This document shows, one piece after another, positions 49,720 to 64,000 of a stretch of DNA of 64,000 bases (position 1 is the first letter of the stretch; the number at the start of each line of letters is the position of its first letter). The notes beneath the pieces are model-generated. The model saw only the letters and a program-made list of their open reading frames with translations, made no database searches and was not told where the DNA came from. The position numbers were made by a program, and so were the translations under genes. This stretch comes from Vermamoeba vermiformis (taxonomy: Eukaryota): assembly GCA_045837725.1 (NCBI GenBank), contig JBEWZL010000013.1, forward strand, positions 1 to 64,000. Direction: 5' to 3'.

Positions 49720-51055
49720 TTAGTTGATCAAGGCCAATAGGGTCATGGCGAGAGGCACGATGGACCAAGAGAAGCGAGTGCTGCTGTTAATGTAGTACTT
49801 GAACTTCAAGTTCGAGTTACGCTCGCAGCCAGAGCCAGTGTCTGCGACACGAGTGTACACTTCATTGGTGCCAAAGTCGTACACGCCGTACATGTAGTCG
49901 GCAGATCCGAGAGCAAGAACGTAGCCACCATAGGACGACTTACTTAGCACTGACTCATAGTAATCGATCCAACAGAAGGCGTTGTTGTAGTAGCAGTAGC
50001 TTTGGAATGCAAGTTCGCGTCAGTACAAATTCACATCCACGAAAAAATTATAAATCGATTGTTCTCGCTGTACATGTTGTGATTACTTACCCATCAGAGT
50101 AGCCCCTAATGGTCTGGTTGTTTCCCGGACGGGTGAAGTTAGTGTATTCGTAGGAACCCTTCAAGTTACCATCGCCGTCGATGCAGATGTCCCAGTTGGG
50201 AGTAACAGTTCTACCGAGCTTGCTAGCCCAGCTACCAGCAATAGACTTGCCTATTGTATGTATTAATCATTAGCATTAATTTGAGAGAGTAAGCGAGATA
50301 AAAATTTGGGGGAAGTTGATCAGATTCGTACCAGTGTTAGGGTTGTTAGCAAAGCAAGAGAAAGGAGTGGGGATGGCATCGTCATATCTAGACATAATTC
50401 TGGGACCGAATTTGAAGAATTGAATGGTCTTATCGTCGTAAGCCATGCGAACTGATCAAATCCGTTAGAAACCCCCGCAGATGCGCAGAGATTGGAACTT
50501 ACTTTCGACCAAATCGTCAGTCAAGCGGTAGATCGTAAGGTCGCCCTTGTTTTGAGTGCAGCACTTGGTGGTCTTGGTAGCGGCCACTTGGACGGGGTAG
50601 TTATACCAGATTTGAGTGTCCCACCATTTGCCAGTAACGGTAGTTCCATCTGCAGAGAATGAACCTTGGAAATAGAAGGTACCATACATACCCTACATAG
50701 AAACGTTCATATTAATTCAATGAATGAATTCCACAAATAAATTAACTAATCCAGTAAATAATTTCGAAAAAGTCTTTGAACCGTCAACTTAAGGATAAAG
50801 TCGAAAATATAGTAAATTAGCAGTTAGGAATTGATTTTGCTTTGTTCGATTTCGTTGGTATTGTGGCAAATCCGTACAAATAATTATTAAAAATTAATTT
50901 CTAATTACCTGCAGAGTGGTATTGTCAGAGGTGGTACACATGTTCATGGAACCATCGTTGAAGGTCCATTTACCAGTCCAGCTCATAGGAGTGAAGTCGG
51001 CTTGAGCGAAGCAGATCGCAGCAAGAACGACGCAAGCAAAAAGTCTAGCGTTCAT
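49720..51055 (-). CDS. Secreted or GPI-type protein with a duplicated beta-rich domain
   Basis: Signal peptide; W(T/A)G(K/S)W...C.....L.G.Y module twice; hydrophobic C-terminus. Confidence 0.7.
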
Positions 51056-51180
51056 TTGTGTACCTATGTATCACTATCACTGAGATTGCGGTAAATAAAT
51101 TGTAAATATTTTTGATTTAGATTAGCCACAATTTTTTCGACGATTAATCGTACCAACGTCTTTTGTAATTGTTATTCGTT

Positions 51181-52899
51181 TTATAAACACAACGCAACAA
51201 GAGTAACGACTATTGTTACACTAACTGAAGCAATACTAGCGATGCTGACCGAATTCGATTCGGGCGAAGTAGTGCCTGGATCTACGGTCTTTGGCGCGAG
51301 TGCTTCAGGTTGATTTGATGCACTTTGAGGAGAGTTTGTTGCGGAAGGAGCTGCATTGGACGGAGCAGATGGAGTGACATTAGAGGGAGAGGTCGGAGTT
51401 TGTTGAGCGGTAGGGGCAATAGAGCTGGGAGGGCTAGTTGCAGCGGGACAATAGACCGTAGCGTTGCACGAAACAGTTTGATCGCGCTTTGCGAATGAAA
51501 ATCGAGCTGTGAATGTGTTGCCAACGATGCTCATGCCATTCACAGTGACATCAACGGCGCCACAGCTAGCGTCATAGGTGTACAATGAGTCTAGCGTAAG
51601 ATCAGAGCAGTCGTCGAGTGTTGCATTGAGGCACGTGACGTGGATTGGTTCAGTGTAGCAAGGCGAGATCGCGTACAATCGACCAATCAAACCGGTTTGA
51701 CTGGTGTTCGATAGACCAAGCTCCAAAGGTCAGAATGTGCTCGCTGTTGATGTCAATGCCCGTACCAAACAAAATAGACTCGCCAGAAGTGGATGTCATG
51801 TCAATTTGTGGCTCCCAGGTGCTTGTGGTCGAATTGAGCTCGAGGTACGTCATCTTTCCACCACCTGCCAAATTTGGGGAATTGTTAATCGAGTTTTCCA
51901 TTGGCCCAGATACGAGGAGTGTAGTCGGACTCTTAAATTTCAATCCCCCGCCAAGCATAGCGGTTCCGCGATAGCCTAGATCATCGGGAATAATTGTTTG
52001 CTGTAACGACCACTCTCCTTGTTGATTTTTCTTGAAAATTGATATCTCGCCAGATGTACCACTTGGTTGGGGCTTCATCGGTGCTGAAATGGCAATCGTA
52101 TCGACTCCGTTGTAAGTTGAAAGTCCATTCGCATAGTTAACGTCCACAGAAGGAAATGGAAACTGCTCCACGACGGTCCAAGACAGGTCCGCTTGAAGTT
52201 CCATCATGGTGAAAGTCAGTTCTGGCGTGCCAGAGGATCCCAGCGTGACATTCAAGCCAAAGAAGTACTTGTCTTGAAAGCACAATGTCGGGTAGTTAGG
52301 CGGCAACTGAAATCCGATGTTGAGTGGCGCGAATATGAACGTATTCAACACTTGGCGATACAGCTCGTCCCAACTATTCTTGCCGGGGTTGTATTGAAGA
52401 GTGACCAAAGAGTTCGTCGTGCTGTCGAATAAAGCCAATGTATTATTGTCGAATAGCTTGGCTCCAGATACTTTATAGCCTGAGAGAGTTACTGGATTGG
52501 AGATCTGGTTGTTGGCAAACTTCGCGATCGTGAGCACTTGATTTTGATCTACGGTACCGAACCAATTGCCATTAATTATCGGACCCAATCCGGTCATAGT
52601 AATAGTTGATACTACTGGATAGTTTCCTCCACTGTCTCTTCTGCGGACCTCGAAAGTATTGGGCTGAGTGCCGAGGACAAGAAGATCTTCAACCAGCGCA
52701 AACCGTTGAACGATTTGCCCCGAAGATAGATCGTAACTAGTAGCAGAATATTCGAAGGTGTCAATACTGGACACGGTATAAGCCTAGAAGAGGTTGGTTA
52801 GTATTTTCGGTTGACATCTTTGGATGTGCGTACGCGAGGTGCTGCTGACACGCATACTAAGACCACTGCAATCCATGCAAAAAATAATAATAGTTTCAT
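51181..52899 (-). CDS. Secreted or GPI-type protein: FG-GAP-like beta-propeller, Cys domain, Ser/Pro/Thr stalk (frameshift at ~51700)
   Basis: Signal peptide; IAISAP..SGEISIF...W, LLVSGP..GKMTYL...W, FGTGIDI..LTFGA blades; hydrophobic tail. Confidence 0.7.
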
Positions 52900-53378
52900 T
52901 GGTCTATCGTGCTTGTTGTGTTTAACAGTTTGAATAAAATAAACAAATTGCAATCAATCAATTAATTGTTTTTGAATTCGCCTAAAGATTGTGATTTGCG
53001 GAATTTGTTCCCGCTGGTGCATATATTTAAGAGCAATTAATAATGCTCATCATAATCAGCATAGTTGGACTTACATTTTATGACACCAAATGCACAGGTA
53101 ATCAGGATCCAGAATCTTTCGGATCAACTGTCCGACTGGCTATTTAAACATTGCACCGGCGAGAAGTATTCTTAAACCAGCATATTTGAGCAGGTAGATA
53201 CGTTTGGTGGTGTACCTGACACGATCATGTCAAGAATTCTTTTGTCGGGCTTTGGATCCGACTTTAGCTATTTTGAGCGTGGGCGGAAAATGCCGACGAT
53301 ATCGGCACAAGTATCTTCAATGAAATTGTTAGAAGCAAAAAATACAACGTAAATATTCTGTGTGTAATTGGATATTTA

Positions 53379-56300
53379 CTATAGTTCAAGCCATTTAGTG
53401 GCATTCTCGTTAACTTCTTCCAAACGGATGTACTCATCCAGCTCAACATTTTCTTCGATTCGCGACATTGTTCTATTAGAAGAATGATCTTCATTGATTT
53501 GGTTCGCTTCTCTTTGCTCTGACTCCTCAGCAGGCATATTCAAAAGTACATCCGACTTCAGGCCTGCGAACAAATGAGAATTCGCTAGTGTTGCAATTAT
53601 CAAACACATAATACTAACCATTCTTCGAATATACAGCCATAATTGGTATATTTGGATCTGCACTTATTACAGTATCGGCCAGCGAAGATCCGTAACCGAG
53701 CAAGCAGATCGAAAATTGTCGTGCTTCGTTGGCCAAGACTTGTCGAATTAGCTCTTCATCCTTATTTAATTGCTTAAATTCTACGAAAATTATATTAATT
53801 AAGAGAATTGAGAAACCAATAATTACTAACTCACCGATCAAACTTCTCGAATACAACGTGCTCATTAATCGATTATTCTGTTCTACTTGCTTAGTATTTG
53901 AATCTTCTATTTTAAGCACTAATAATCTCGCTTTTCTGGCTTCACTCATTTTTACAGCCAGTTCTAGCGCCAGATCGTCGTGAGCGAATCCGTTTTCGTA
54001 GATGAGCAAAATTGAATCTATAGCTAATGTACTAGCAATAGACCTTTGCAATACTACAGCCACTTTACCGCTACTAGAGCCAATAACTCGATCTACCGTC
54101 TAATTTTTTGTGAGATCTTGCCAAGTCAGATCGAGATCCGTTACTTACAGTTCCATGGAATGAAGATCTCTTGCAACCAACTATAATCAGCTCTACGTCT
54201 CGAATTTGTGCAGAGTTGCAAATATCTTCTGCGTAGCTCTCGCTGATGTGCGCAATCACCTCCGAGAAGTCCATGTGTAACATCTTGGCTCGTTGAACTG
54301 CACTAATTATAGCTTCGTCTGACTTTTTAGCCTGAATATAAGAAGGTCAGCTCGATCAGAACGAAAGCAATGCTTGATGAAAATGGCACTTGTATCGTAG
54401 GTGTCAAAGTTTGACACGTGTCATTCGGTGACATGTCACCAAAGTAGTACTTACTCGTTTAATGTTTAATACTGAACTTAAACTAGCTGATTCTAAGAAA
54501 CGAGCCAAATAAACTTTTGGAAGCTTTTTGTAGCGGAAGTTGACGAGGGATCTGACCACATATTAGCAGGCGTGCAACGAAAATAAGATAGTTTTCGAGG
54601 AACTTACTGAGCAATAGACACTAAGAATGGCGCAGTATGATGATAATTGACGCATACCATAATGTTAGTAGCATCGTGACTTGGTACAAAGTTAGATCTA
54701 CTCGTAGCATTTCATATTGGTTTACTTACTCGCGGGCTTCACTTGGCGGTTTTTGGTAATTTTTCGTTCGGTTCGTTATTTTGAATATGACAGCGACTAA
54801 TGGCGGAGGAATCAAAGTGTTGATCAAAACCATCATTATCAGAATTGCGAAGAGCTTCTCGGTGATAATATGATGAGAAATGCCCAAATTGAGCGAAATT
54901 AATGCCACCAAGCCTTTAGCGCTCATTAAAACTCCGAAGACGAGTGATTCCGGCCATTCGAATTTAGCGATGTACTTGGCTGGAATAGATCCGCCGATAA
55001 TCTTGGAAAATAGCGCAAAAACAATAACCAAGACTGTATAGCCCCATAATTCGCCTAAAATAGTCAAATTTTAGAAAATTAAGCAAAATTAGCAAAACGG
55101 ATCGAATCTCGTACCGGTGTTCAACAAGCCAAATTGTGTCTTCAAGCCGGAAATAGTGAAGAATAGAGGTAAAAATACTACAGTAATCAGGTCTTCAATT
55201 CTTTCCGTCAATTGGTGCTAAAATACAGCTAAGATTAGCCTGTTTTCCAAATTAGGCAAATAATGTTACCGGCAGATTGACGTATCGCGGAATAACAAGA
55301 CCAGTCAAAAATGCTCCGACGATGGCTGATAAGCCAATAGTCTCGCATATCCTGAAAGAGTGCGTAAGTTTTTCAGTTCGAAGATCTGATCCGCATTGAC
55401 GTACCAAGCCATCGAGAATACTATGGCCAATACACTGAAAATCGTGACCTGAGAGTATCTTTGTTGATGCCTCGTCTTCTTCGCAATAAAATGAAGCAAG
55501 TATCGTGCAGGGAAGAACAAGATAAGTCCAAAAGCCACGAGCGACAAGATGATCCACAAAATGCTCAACATACTGGATGCGCCCGCAAAAGCGAGAGTTA
55601 AAGCCAAAAGAGGCCACGCAATCTAAAAGTAACATTATTGTAAGTATAAACGTTTGATTTGATAGCGTACCAGATCGTCCAATGTCGTGACACTCAATGA
55701 AAATATTCCGATTTTAGTCTCCATCAAGCGATACTCGGACAAAATTCTCGCCAAAACGGGCAAGGCACTGATTCCCATGACCACCGTCATGAACAAAAAG
55801 AACACCATACGATTGATCTTCTCGACGTCGACAAACTCCTCGTTGTGAAAGATAAATGTCAAAATTAACGCGCACAGTGCTGGCACTCCAATGCCAAACA
55901 TTGACACGAGCGCGGATTGGCGCAGTTGTTCTGTCAATTGAAATTTCGTTAGAAAAAGTGTCACGTGCAATACATGCGTAATAGTGTGAACAGGTGACAC
56001 CATAGATATTACGCATATAAAATTTAACAACATATTTCCAATTATGAAGACGTGATTATGACACTGACTGAAGATCTGTTCAAGCGATTGCTGTACAAAA
56101 GTCGGGTCACATTACCTTTCATCGATTTAATATCGACTTCCATGCCTACGACAAACATATACAAAATAAGGCCTAGTTGTGCGATAATACTGGAAGAAAA
56201 GAAGAGTTAGGATCCGGATGTTGACAGTTCGAACTTTCACACGAAGAGTATATTGTGAATAATACCGGATACTGTATATATAGGGGTTATATTAATATTT

Positions 56301-56657
56301 TTAAAGACCTACTTCAACAACGGTAAACTGCTTGGCGGGAACAGATGAGTAGTGAATCCGTCGATACGGCCCATCACAGTGGGTCCCAAAATGATGCCCG
56401 TCACTAATTCTGCGATTACTGTGGGTTCTTTAATTTTTCTAAATACAAGAAATGCATTAAAATGACGTTGTTATCGTAAGAAAAATTCGATCTAGATGTT
56501 TCCCAAAAGTTCGTTATTTGATTCTGTACACTTACCTAACCACAAAACCAAGTAACCTCGATGTTATAATGATAATAAGGATCTGAACTAGCAGGAGGGA
56601 CACGGGGCTATTGAAGATGTAACCTCCGTTCAAAATTCCTTCGTCCTCGGCGCCCAT
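53379..56657 (-). CDS. CPA2 cation/H+ antiporter (KHA1/CHX-like) with USP-like C-terminal region; 3' end approximate
   Basis: EPTVIAELVTGIILGPTVMG, GLILYMFVVGME, ISALPVLARILSE, SAIVGAFLTGL, FLPLFFTISGLKT, GVLMSAKGLVALI. Confidence 0.9.
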
Positions 56658-57257
56658 CTCACTCGGATCTGTTGTTTAGTGTAATGACTAGCGAATTCTA
56701 GTATCAATAATAAGTTTCGCGATGACTATGGCGAGATTCATAATACTGATATTTACCCGAAGCGATTTCGCCAGCCAAACTATTTGGGCCAAAATCTTGC
56801 CCAAAATGAAGTCCTCTATTTCGCGCCATTGTTATGAACTAAAACCATAACTGCTATTAAATATTCCAAGTACCATCTCCTTGGTAGAATGACTCGTCCT
56901 TGTTATTGGATTTTCTCTAATTTTTTTAGATCAAATCCACCAGCTTAGAGTCTAATTTAGTAATATATTTATTTAATACTCTAAGCTTAGAGTTTACTTT
57001 AGTAATATATTTTGGAATTTTTTTTGCAATTTTTTAAATTATTTTAGTATAAGTACCTGATAGCGAGAACACCAAAAGTAATTTGTTAACTAGCTGCGAC
57101 AGCTAGTTTCCGCCTGGAAGGAATAATCATGTTGCCTTTGTTGGATTTGAACTCTTGTTCTTATGTTGCAACCAAAGGAAAAGATAGTTGCCACGAAATT
57201 TGGCTCCGATTATTAATTTTTTAAACAACTCACCTTTATTCTAACCAAACACTTTGA

Positions 57258-59541
57258 TTACTTGAAATAAAACTTTTGAACAATAAAAGCGGCCAAGAAA
57301 ACGACAGCCGAGATCTTGAGAATTGGCGACAATATACGGCTAATGATACCTGAGGTCGCCAGATCTGCGATCCAAGTCTAACAACAATCAATTAGTCAAC
57401 GCATATACGTGATACCATTATAAAGGCAAGGAATACTTACAACTTTGTCGGAGTAAGGCGGGTAACGCAAAGGCACGTCCATCAACGACGAAGTTGTTTG
57501 ACGCACGACAGCGCGCTTGTGCACGAAGGTGTCAAAGGTCAATTTGCCGTGATAAGCGCCAATACCACTCGCACCGACACCTCCGAAAGGAAGATTCGAG
57601 TTGGTGAAGTGAATGAGAAGGTCGTTCATTGCTGCGGCACCGGATCTTGTGCGAGCCATAACGTGGTCTTGCTTTTTCTTGTCGTTCGAGAAATAGTACA
57701 ACGCTAACGGCAATGGCTCTCTTGTTACTATTTCAAAATAACAAGTCATTAATAAACGTCTTCTGTAGTAAAACTATCCGTTAAAAAATAACGGATCCAT
57801 TAAGTTGAAACAGATTCGCAAATTCGTTCCAAAAGAAGGAGTATTATAATAGAATACTTACACAAACTGGATAGCTTCTTCGACATTATCAACAGTAACG
57901 ATAGGCAGAACAGGGCCGAAGATTTCGTCGGTCATCATCTCGGAGTTAAGGTCCGGATCAACGATCACTGTGGGAGAGATGTAATTCGTCTAAATAAGGA
58001 AATATCAGTACGTCGTCAACAATAGTGTACGTTTCCTTATTTGGAATAAATTCTTACCTCGACGTCTGCTTGACCTCCAATAACGACTTTTCCCATCTTG
58101 AACAAATTGGCCAATCGTTTCGTGTGGTCTTTGCTGATGACACGTGCAAATGATTTGCTATTTTTAGGCTCGTCGCCATAAAACTGCGTGATATATTTTT
58201 GCAAAGCTTGGACCAACTTGTCACGAATGTTTTTGTGCGCGAGAATGTAATCCGCGGTAATGCAAGTTTGACCCGCGTTGAAAAACTTTCCCCACGCAAT
58301 TCTTTTTGCTGTCAAATCGATATTTGCATCTTCATCGACAATGCAAGGATTTTTGCCTCCCAATTCAAGTGTGCAGGGCGTCAAATACTTCGCAGCGGCC
58401 TATTCAATAAATTAATAATAATGGCCATAATAAGGCAATTTATAATGCATTCGTAATAATCTAAAAATGATTTTCTAGCAATAATAATAAGACGTGCCTG
58501 ATAGATGATTGTGCCAACGGAGACAGATCCGGTGAAGAAGATGTAGTCCCACTGGCTCTCAATCAACTTGGTGATGAATCGTGCGCCACCCTCGTTCTCC
58601 ACGGCGATAGCTCGCGTGTCGAGATATTGCGGCAAAAGTTTTGCAAAGGTTTCGCCAGTAGTTTGGCTGTGACGACTGAACTTCATGAACACGGTGTTGC
58701 CCGCAGCAATGGCACCAGCCAACGGAACAATTGCCAAATTTATGGGGTAGTTCCATGGGCTACGAAGAAAAGCGTTTCAGTTTTTGTTGCTAAAAATAGA
58801 AGTTTTCGGTGGGATCTGCGTGTTTAGTATTTGGAAAATAACAGTAATATAAATATATGTGACTATAGATAAATCATTATTACAGAATTTCTTATTGTTA
58901 GTTTAGCATTGCAAATTGGAAGCGGGCCGCTCGACGGAGCTCCGATCGGGACTTACCTCATGATTAATACAGTGCCGCGAGGCTCAGGATGGATCCACGA
59001 TGAGGCAGGCAATACAACGATGCTACTAGTAACCTTTTCTGTAATATTTGAAGTTAGTTTTCGCCGATCCGCAAAAAGATTTTCGTTCACATTGAATAAA
59101 ATTATACGTCTTAGCTATAGAATTACCTGGCTTCATCCATGATTTTAAATGCGCGATATTTTCGTCAATTTCGGAAAGAGGCAAATTATACTCGGAAGAA
59201 ATTACTTCCATGTCCATCTGCTTTCCTAAATCTTTTCTGACCGCATCAATAATTTCTCTGCGATTCTCGACGAATAATTTGCGCAAAGCCTTCAATTGTT
59301 GAATGCGCCATTCATAAGGTCGGGTAATACTGCGGATCCCAATTGAAAAACATTAGTGTCAAAATTGAAATAATTCAATAATAGCTAAAATATTACAGTA
59401 ATCGATCAATATTATAATTTTCTTCGCGTATACGTAATTGCAAACTTACCCAGCAGCGAATGCGTTCTTCAAGTTTTGGTTCACTTGAGGCACGTCTTTC
59501 TCTTCGATTTTACCAGTATAAGAAGGTTGAATAGATGCCAT
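57258..59541 (-). CDS. ALDH3: Aldehyde dehydrogenase family 3 (fatty aldehyde dehydrogenase-like) with C-terminal TM
   Basis: [61 protein letters not shown]. Confidence 0.93.
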
Positions 59542-59711
59542 ATTGAATTTCTTAGTGACGCAGTATCAGTTGTGGTTAATTGCTTTACTAAAGAAAAAAT
59601 GGATTGCAAAAATATTTTAGGTTTGATCTTCTAAAGATTTTGTGTTGGTTTGTTTTTTTTTCGTGCACGCTTTTTGTTTTTGGTTCGAGTACTAAGAACA
59701 GTACTAATATT

Positions 59712-60817
59712 ATGTCACGAGAGTCATTACAATCATTTCTTGCGTCTTTATCAAGGCGAAGTCGAGCAATAGCATCCAGCCTTCAAACTCTCCAAAATAA
59801 CCATGCGAATCCAGTAATTAGCCCAGAAATGCAGCAATTTCATGACTCACTAAAAGAATATTCTAATGATGTATCGCCTATGAAGCTATTAAATATGGGA
59901 ATTGTAGATCTGGAGACAGGCGCGATTTCTACAGTTTCAAATAATTCCAGTAATAATTCAAATACGCACAATGTTAATAATGATATCATTTGTATATTAA
60001 AAGGAGACAAATCAATATATTGCGCGACGCAGAAGAAAAATGTGAATATTTTATTCAAATTTACAGAGAGCAGATCGTGCGTATTTACGAATATAATCAT
60101 AAAAGTGCCAGAAAACCCATCAAGGTAATATAAAATAATTTATACGAGCAGTATTCTCAATAAAATCATTAGCAAATAAAACTTCGCAACAGAAAATTCA
60201 AAATTGAATCAGATCGAGTAATTATACTAATTTATTTTGAATTATATAGTAAAGGAGCTCCATTACACGATTTTATGGTATTTGTCTCAGACGGTACGTG
60301 CCAACTTAACCTGCGAACTAGATATTTTTTAATCTGTTCGTTGGTGGTCGATATGAATATTCTGACTTATAATATTCTTAATATATATGGTTGATTCAGT
60401 AGCTAATTTCAATTTATTATTTTAGAGCCAATAGACGTGGATTCAACTTCGCGTTACGATGATTTTACAGAAGAACGTTGGAACGACTTTCTCGACGCTA
60501 AAAAAGGTTGCAATGAGCCAGTGAAGGGCGATGAACCCATGTTATATTACAAATTCAAGTCTAATCAGTGGTGCACGGTGGTCGATCTGCCCATCCCACG
60601 TTACGGCCAGTATGTGCTGGTCAAACTGCTTAGATCTCGTATAGCGCACGAGCCGATCGAAATACAAGTAAGACACTAATAATATAGGGCATATAAGGTT
60701 ATTTTATCATCTTACAAACTGGATCTTTTTCATCATCGTACTCACCATTTTTTTCAGTATATTGGATTCAAAGGCTTTATCGGTGGCATCAGCTCATCTT
60801 GCGCGTCATTAATTTAA
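59712..60817 (+). CDS. Uncharacterised protein, possibly galactose-binding-like (discoidin/Muskelin-N-like) fold
   Basis: ILKGDKSIYC..NILF..IIIKVP..AP..FMVFVS..GQYVLVKLL..IEIQYIGFKG pattern; clean GT-AG exons. Confidence 0.6.
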
Positions 60818-60999
60818 GAATGTAAGATATTATAATTTGTATTAAAGTTGTACAAAGTAGTGTATTATAAAAATGGTTGATCCAAACTCGGTTATTGATT
60901 GGTAAGGCGTTGATGCTAAATAATATTCCTCGAATAAATAAGAATAGAAGACGTTTGTCACTCAGATACAGAATTTCCATTTTTACTCCATTACTCGGA

Positions 61000-63900
61000 T
61001 TACCACAAGTTAGTTTTGTTGCGCAAGTCCTCGGGGACTTGATTGAGCTTCACTGGATCTATTTTTTTCATATTTTTCGCAACGGCCAATGCCGCGTGCT
61101 GCTCCAACGACAAATGTGGCACTAACTGCGACAAGTCAATTGTGAACATGTAATTGGTCGACAATGAATCTTCGAATCGTCCTCCGAACATGATCAATGT
61201 CGTCTGATATATCACCAATGAAACGTGGCCAAACGGGTATTTCTTTTGACCGAGCCAGACTTGCACTTTCTCTCGCGCCTTGCGGAAGTCATCTGCCAGG
61301 CCCGATTGCATCGGTACTCGAGTCTTGGTATCTTCAGGCACGTTAAAATCTTTTTCAGGCACGACGTCCAATTCAAAATCATGCAATGAATGACGCATAG
61401 TGTCTATTTTTGGATAGGTTAGTCTTAGTCAACAGCCCAATTCAATTCGAGTTACGTACGCAAATCTAATATGAATAGCTTGTGCGCAGAAGTATTCTCC
61501 GTGTGCTGTGTCATTGAAATTAAGAAACGATTTCCAAAGCACACTAACGATGACGTCAACTCAAAGTCAAACTCGAACACTTTGAAAATTCGACGCAGCT
61601 CTGCGGCACAGTTAGAGCCCTGATATTACGTCAAATATAGACTTACCTATATTGAGCGCAAATAATGTTCTAGGATATTTGTACGCAACGAACCAAATAA
61701 TGTGGTCTTGCAGCACACTACAAAAAATGACACGTGTCAAATAAGTCCGACTACAATGACAACTAGTACGTACCCATGACGATAAGCATAATCTACTTTC
61801 ACAAAGTCTCCTGAATCAATCTCTATATGGCTTAGCTGACCTGTAGTCTTGTCGGTAAAGTCTAGGCCCGTCAATTCAAAAGCGTTGACGCATTTTTGAT
61901 GCAAGATCTTGTTCTCGTAGTAGTTGTAATGGGGTCCTTGTCGATGATGATGGACCATACCATTTCTGGAAGGTCCTTGAGACCAAGTTTTAGTCTCTAC
62001 TAGCTTGTTAGTGCTTTTTCAAAATAATAAGAATAATTTACGTACCTGGATCGTAGATCAAGTAGTTTTGTTTGCCATTGAACCAAAGCTTGTTAACAAA
62101 TCGTTAATGCGGAGTAAATTATTAAGTTAATATTTACCTTATTGTTCACTTTTAAGAAGGTATCAGCTCGGTGGCTTTCTTCGAACCTTTCGCTACTCAT
62201 TTCAATTTCCTCCCAGGTGTGCGTCTTCGAAGGATCCAAAATTTCGTCTAAATAATCAAATATTAAGATTTCATCAACGCAAACTTCATTAAGCCTTACT
62301 TAAGGGCATTCGCATAAAATTTTTGACCCGATCTTGAAAAGATCGAATGGAATAGAAGCCATAGTCGTCCCAATAATCTAAATAACAGAAAGACCCTTCA
62401 TTCGCATATAAATAATCGCCAATGATGGCTAGGTTCGTGCCAAATCTATAAATAACCGATCAATCGCTGTATACCAGAAAACGAGTGTTGAACTTACTGC
62501 GGATGCGGCGGGTTCGTGAAGGCAACTTTAACAGCCTTAAATGTGTACATAGGCAGCGTTTCATCTTTTGAAAAGAGTGGTTTTACACCAAAGAGGGCAA
62601 CATCTAATCAATACGGTAAGAAAATAATTTTTCAAGATCTTTCAACGAACCTCTCGGGATCTGTCCACGAGCGTTTTTGATGAACTGATTGGCGCCTAGT
62701 TCAAGGAGCGTATTCACCATATTAGTATCTCCGCGTTCAGCTGCAATGTGTAAGGGCGTTGAATCGCTTTCTTGGTGACCGTTCGGGTTCGCTTCTGCAA
62801 TTGAAACATCGTCAGCTGACAATTTTAAGAGGTCAAGTCGCGCTACTTACTATGATTAATTATTAAAGCTTTGACAACCTCCGGCGATAGTAATGCTGCG
62901 GCAATGTGTAGCGGAGTTTGATAAAACGGGTTGAGCGATTGAACGTCGATTCCAGCCTACGAAATTTCGCCGTCAACACACGGGTCAGAAAAACATAAAA
63001 AAATGACAGATTGAACTTACTTCGATCATAGCGCGAGTTACGGTGATAATATCGTCGTTTTTAGTCTGCTTAGAGCGAATTAAGAATGCGTGCAAATATG
63101 TGCCCTGCTTCGTAGCGCTTGGTCGGTGAATGTCAATGCCGGCCTGAATCAACTTCAAGATGTACTACAGCAATACTTAGTCAGCAATATTCCGATGAAA
63201 ACAGTGAAATATTCGAATAAATTCTTGTAATAATAGGGTTTAAATACTTACTGGTATACTAAGGACCTCTATCGCGTGGTCTAACAACGACTTGCCATCT
63301 CTAATTTCATGAAAATCGAGATTTTTGTCGTTGAACACCGCAAGATCAACTTTCTCTTTGCAATACCACGCAACATTCAAACCCTCCTTGCTCTTGATAT
63401 TGATGTCTAATTTTGGATTGCGCATGAAATGCCCTGCTCGGTCCTTTTTCTGTGCCGCAACGAAAAATGCAGGCAATCTAACGAATAATTATTTAAATGA
63501 GCGGAAGATCGAATTAAATAACGTACCCGTCTTTAACTGTGTTTGGATCACCGCCAAGCTCCCAAACTCTATTGGCGACAACGTCCCAACCCTGGTGAAC
63601 GCAACTCTTGGCAAAATTGAGAATGCTTTCATGTTCCGGGTCGTTCAGATCCGCACCATTGGCTAAGCAAATTTCGATTACGTCAATGAGTTCGCGTGGG
63701 TAGTAAAGTGCAGGAAAAGACTAGAGAATAAGATTAATATAGCCTTTAAGGTTTCTACGAAAAGAAGCAATTACCTGCTCTAAAGCCTTGTTGAAAAATG
63801 CCTTGCGATCAGTGATAATTGCTACGTTGATAAACCATCGAAAACTGTGCAAATATTCACGGTATTGCCTAATTTGGTAAAATTAATATGTGCCTTAGAA

Positions 63901-64000
63901 ACGATGAGTGTTCGAGATACCTTTGCATCAAACCAGTCCACAGGCCAATAATATCGTCTTCTCCCTCACGCCAATTGTAGATTCGCGATGAGTCGCAGAC
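61000..64000 (-). CDS. Ankyrin-repeat plus kelch-like repeat protein, 5' end outside the window
   Basis: TPLHIAAALL, TPLHIAAERGDTNMVNTLLELGAN; kelch-like FGH..VIYQTTLIMFGG, LLFRLLG, HIIWF. Confidence 0.75.

Overview
Gene-dense eukaryotic DNA with many short GT-AG introns. The gene content (family-C GPCR, CYRI/FAM49, SH2 protein, INTS14) suggests an amoeba-like protist; the taxon is inferred only. About 25 spliced genes can be reconstructed by eye: TRMT10, SulP/SLC26, INTS14, a sterol desaturase/fatty acid hydroxylase, CYRI, DUF167, a CBS protein, a CPA2 antiporter, ALDH3, an ankyrin-kelch protein and several secreted or GPI-type proteins. Most notable: (i) a hairpin-dense, repeat-containing first 1.7 kb joined through a (CCCTAA)2 tract to a degenerate two-gene PIF/Harbinger-type element; (ii) a class C GPCR with two tandem bacterial-type periplasmic-binding domains; (iii) two tandem RNAi-type RNA-dependent RNA polymerases sharing an upstream CAACACGGC motif; (iv) two paralogous RNI-like LRR proteins with a C-terminal F-box-like motif; (v) a PH-SH2-kinase with DFG changed to NFG. 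Single-base indels, mostly in short homopolymers, break several conserved genes, so frameshifts are probably assembly errors and pseudogene calls need caution. Multi-exon coordinates are manual and approximate.
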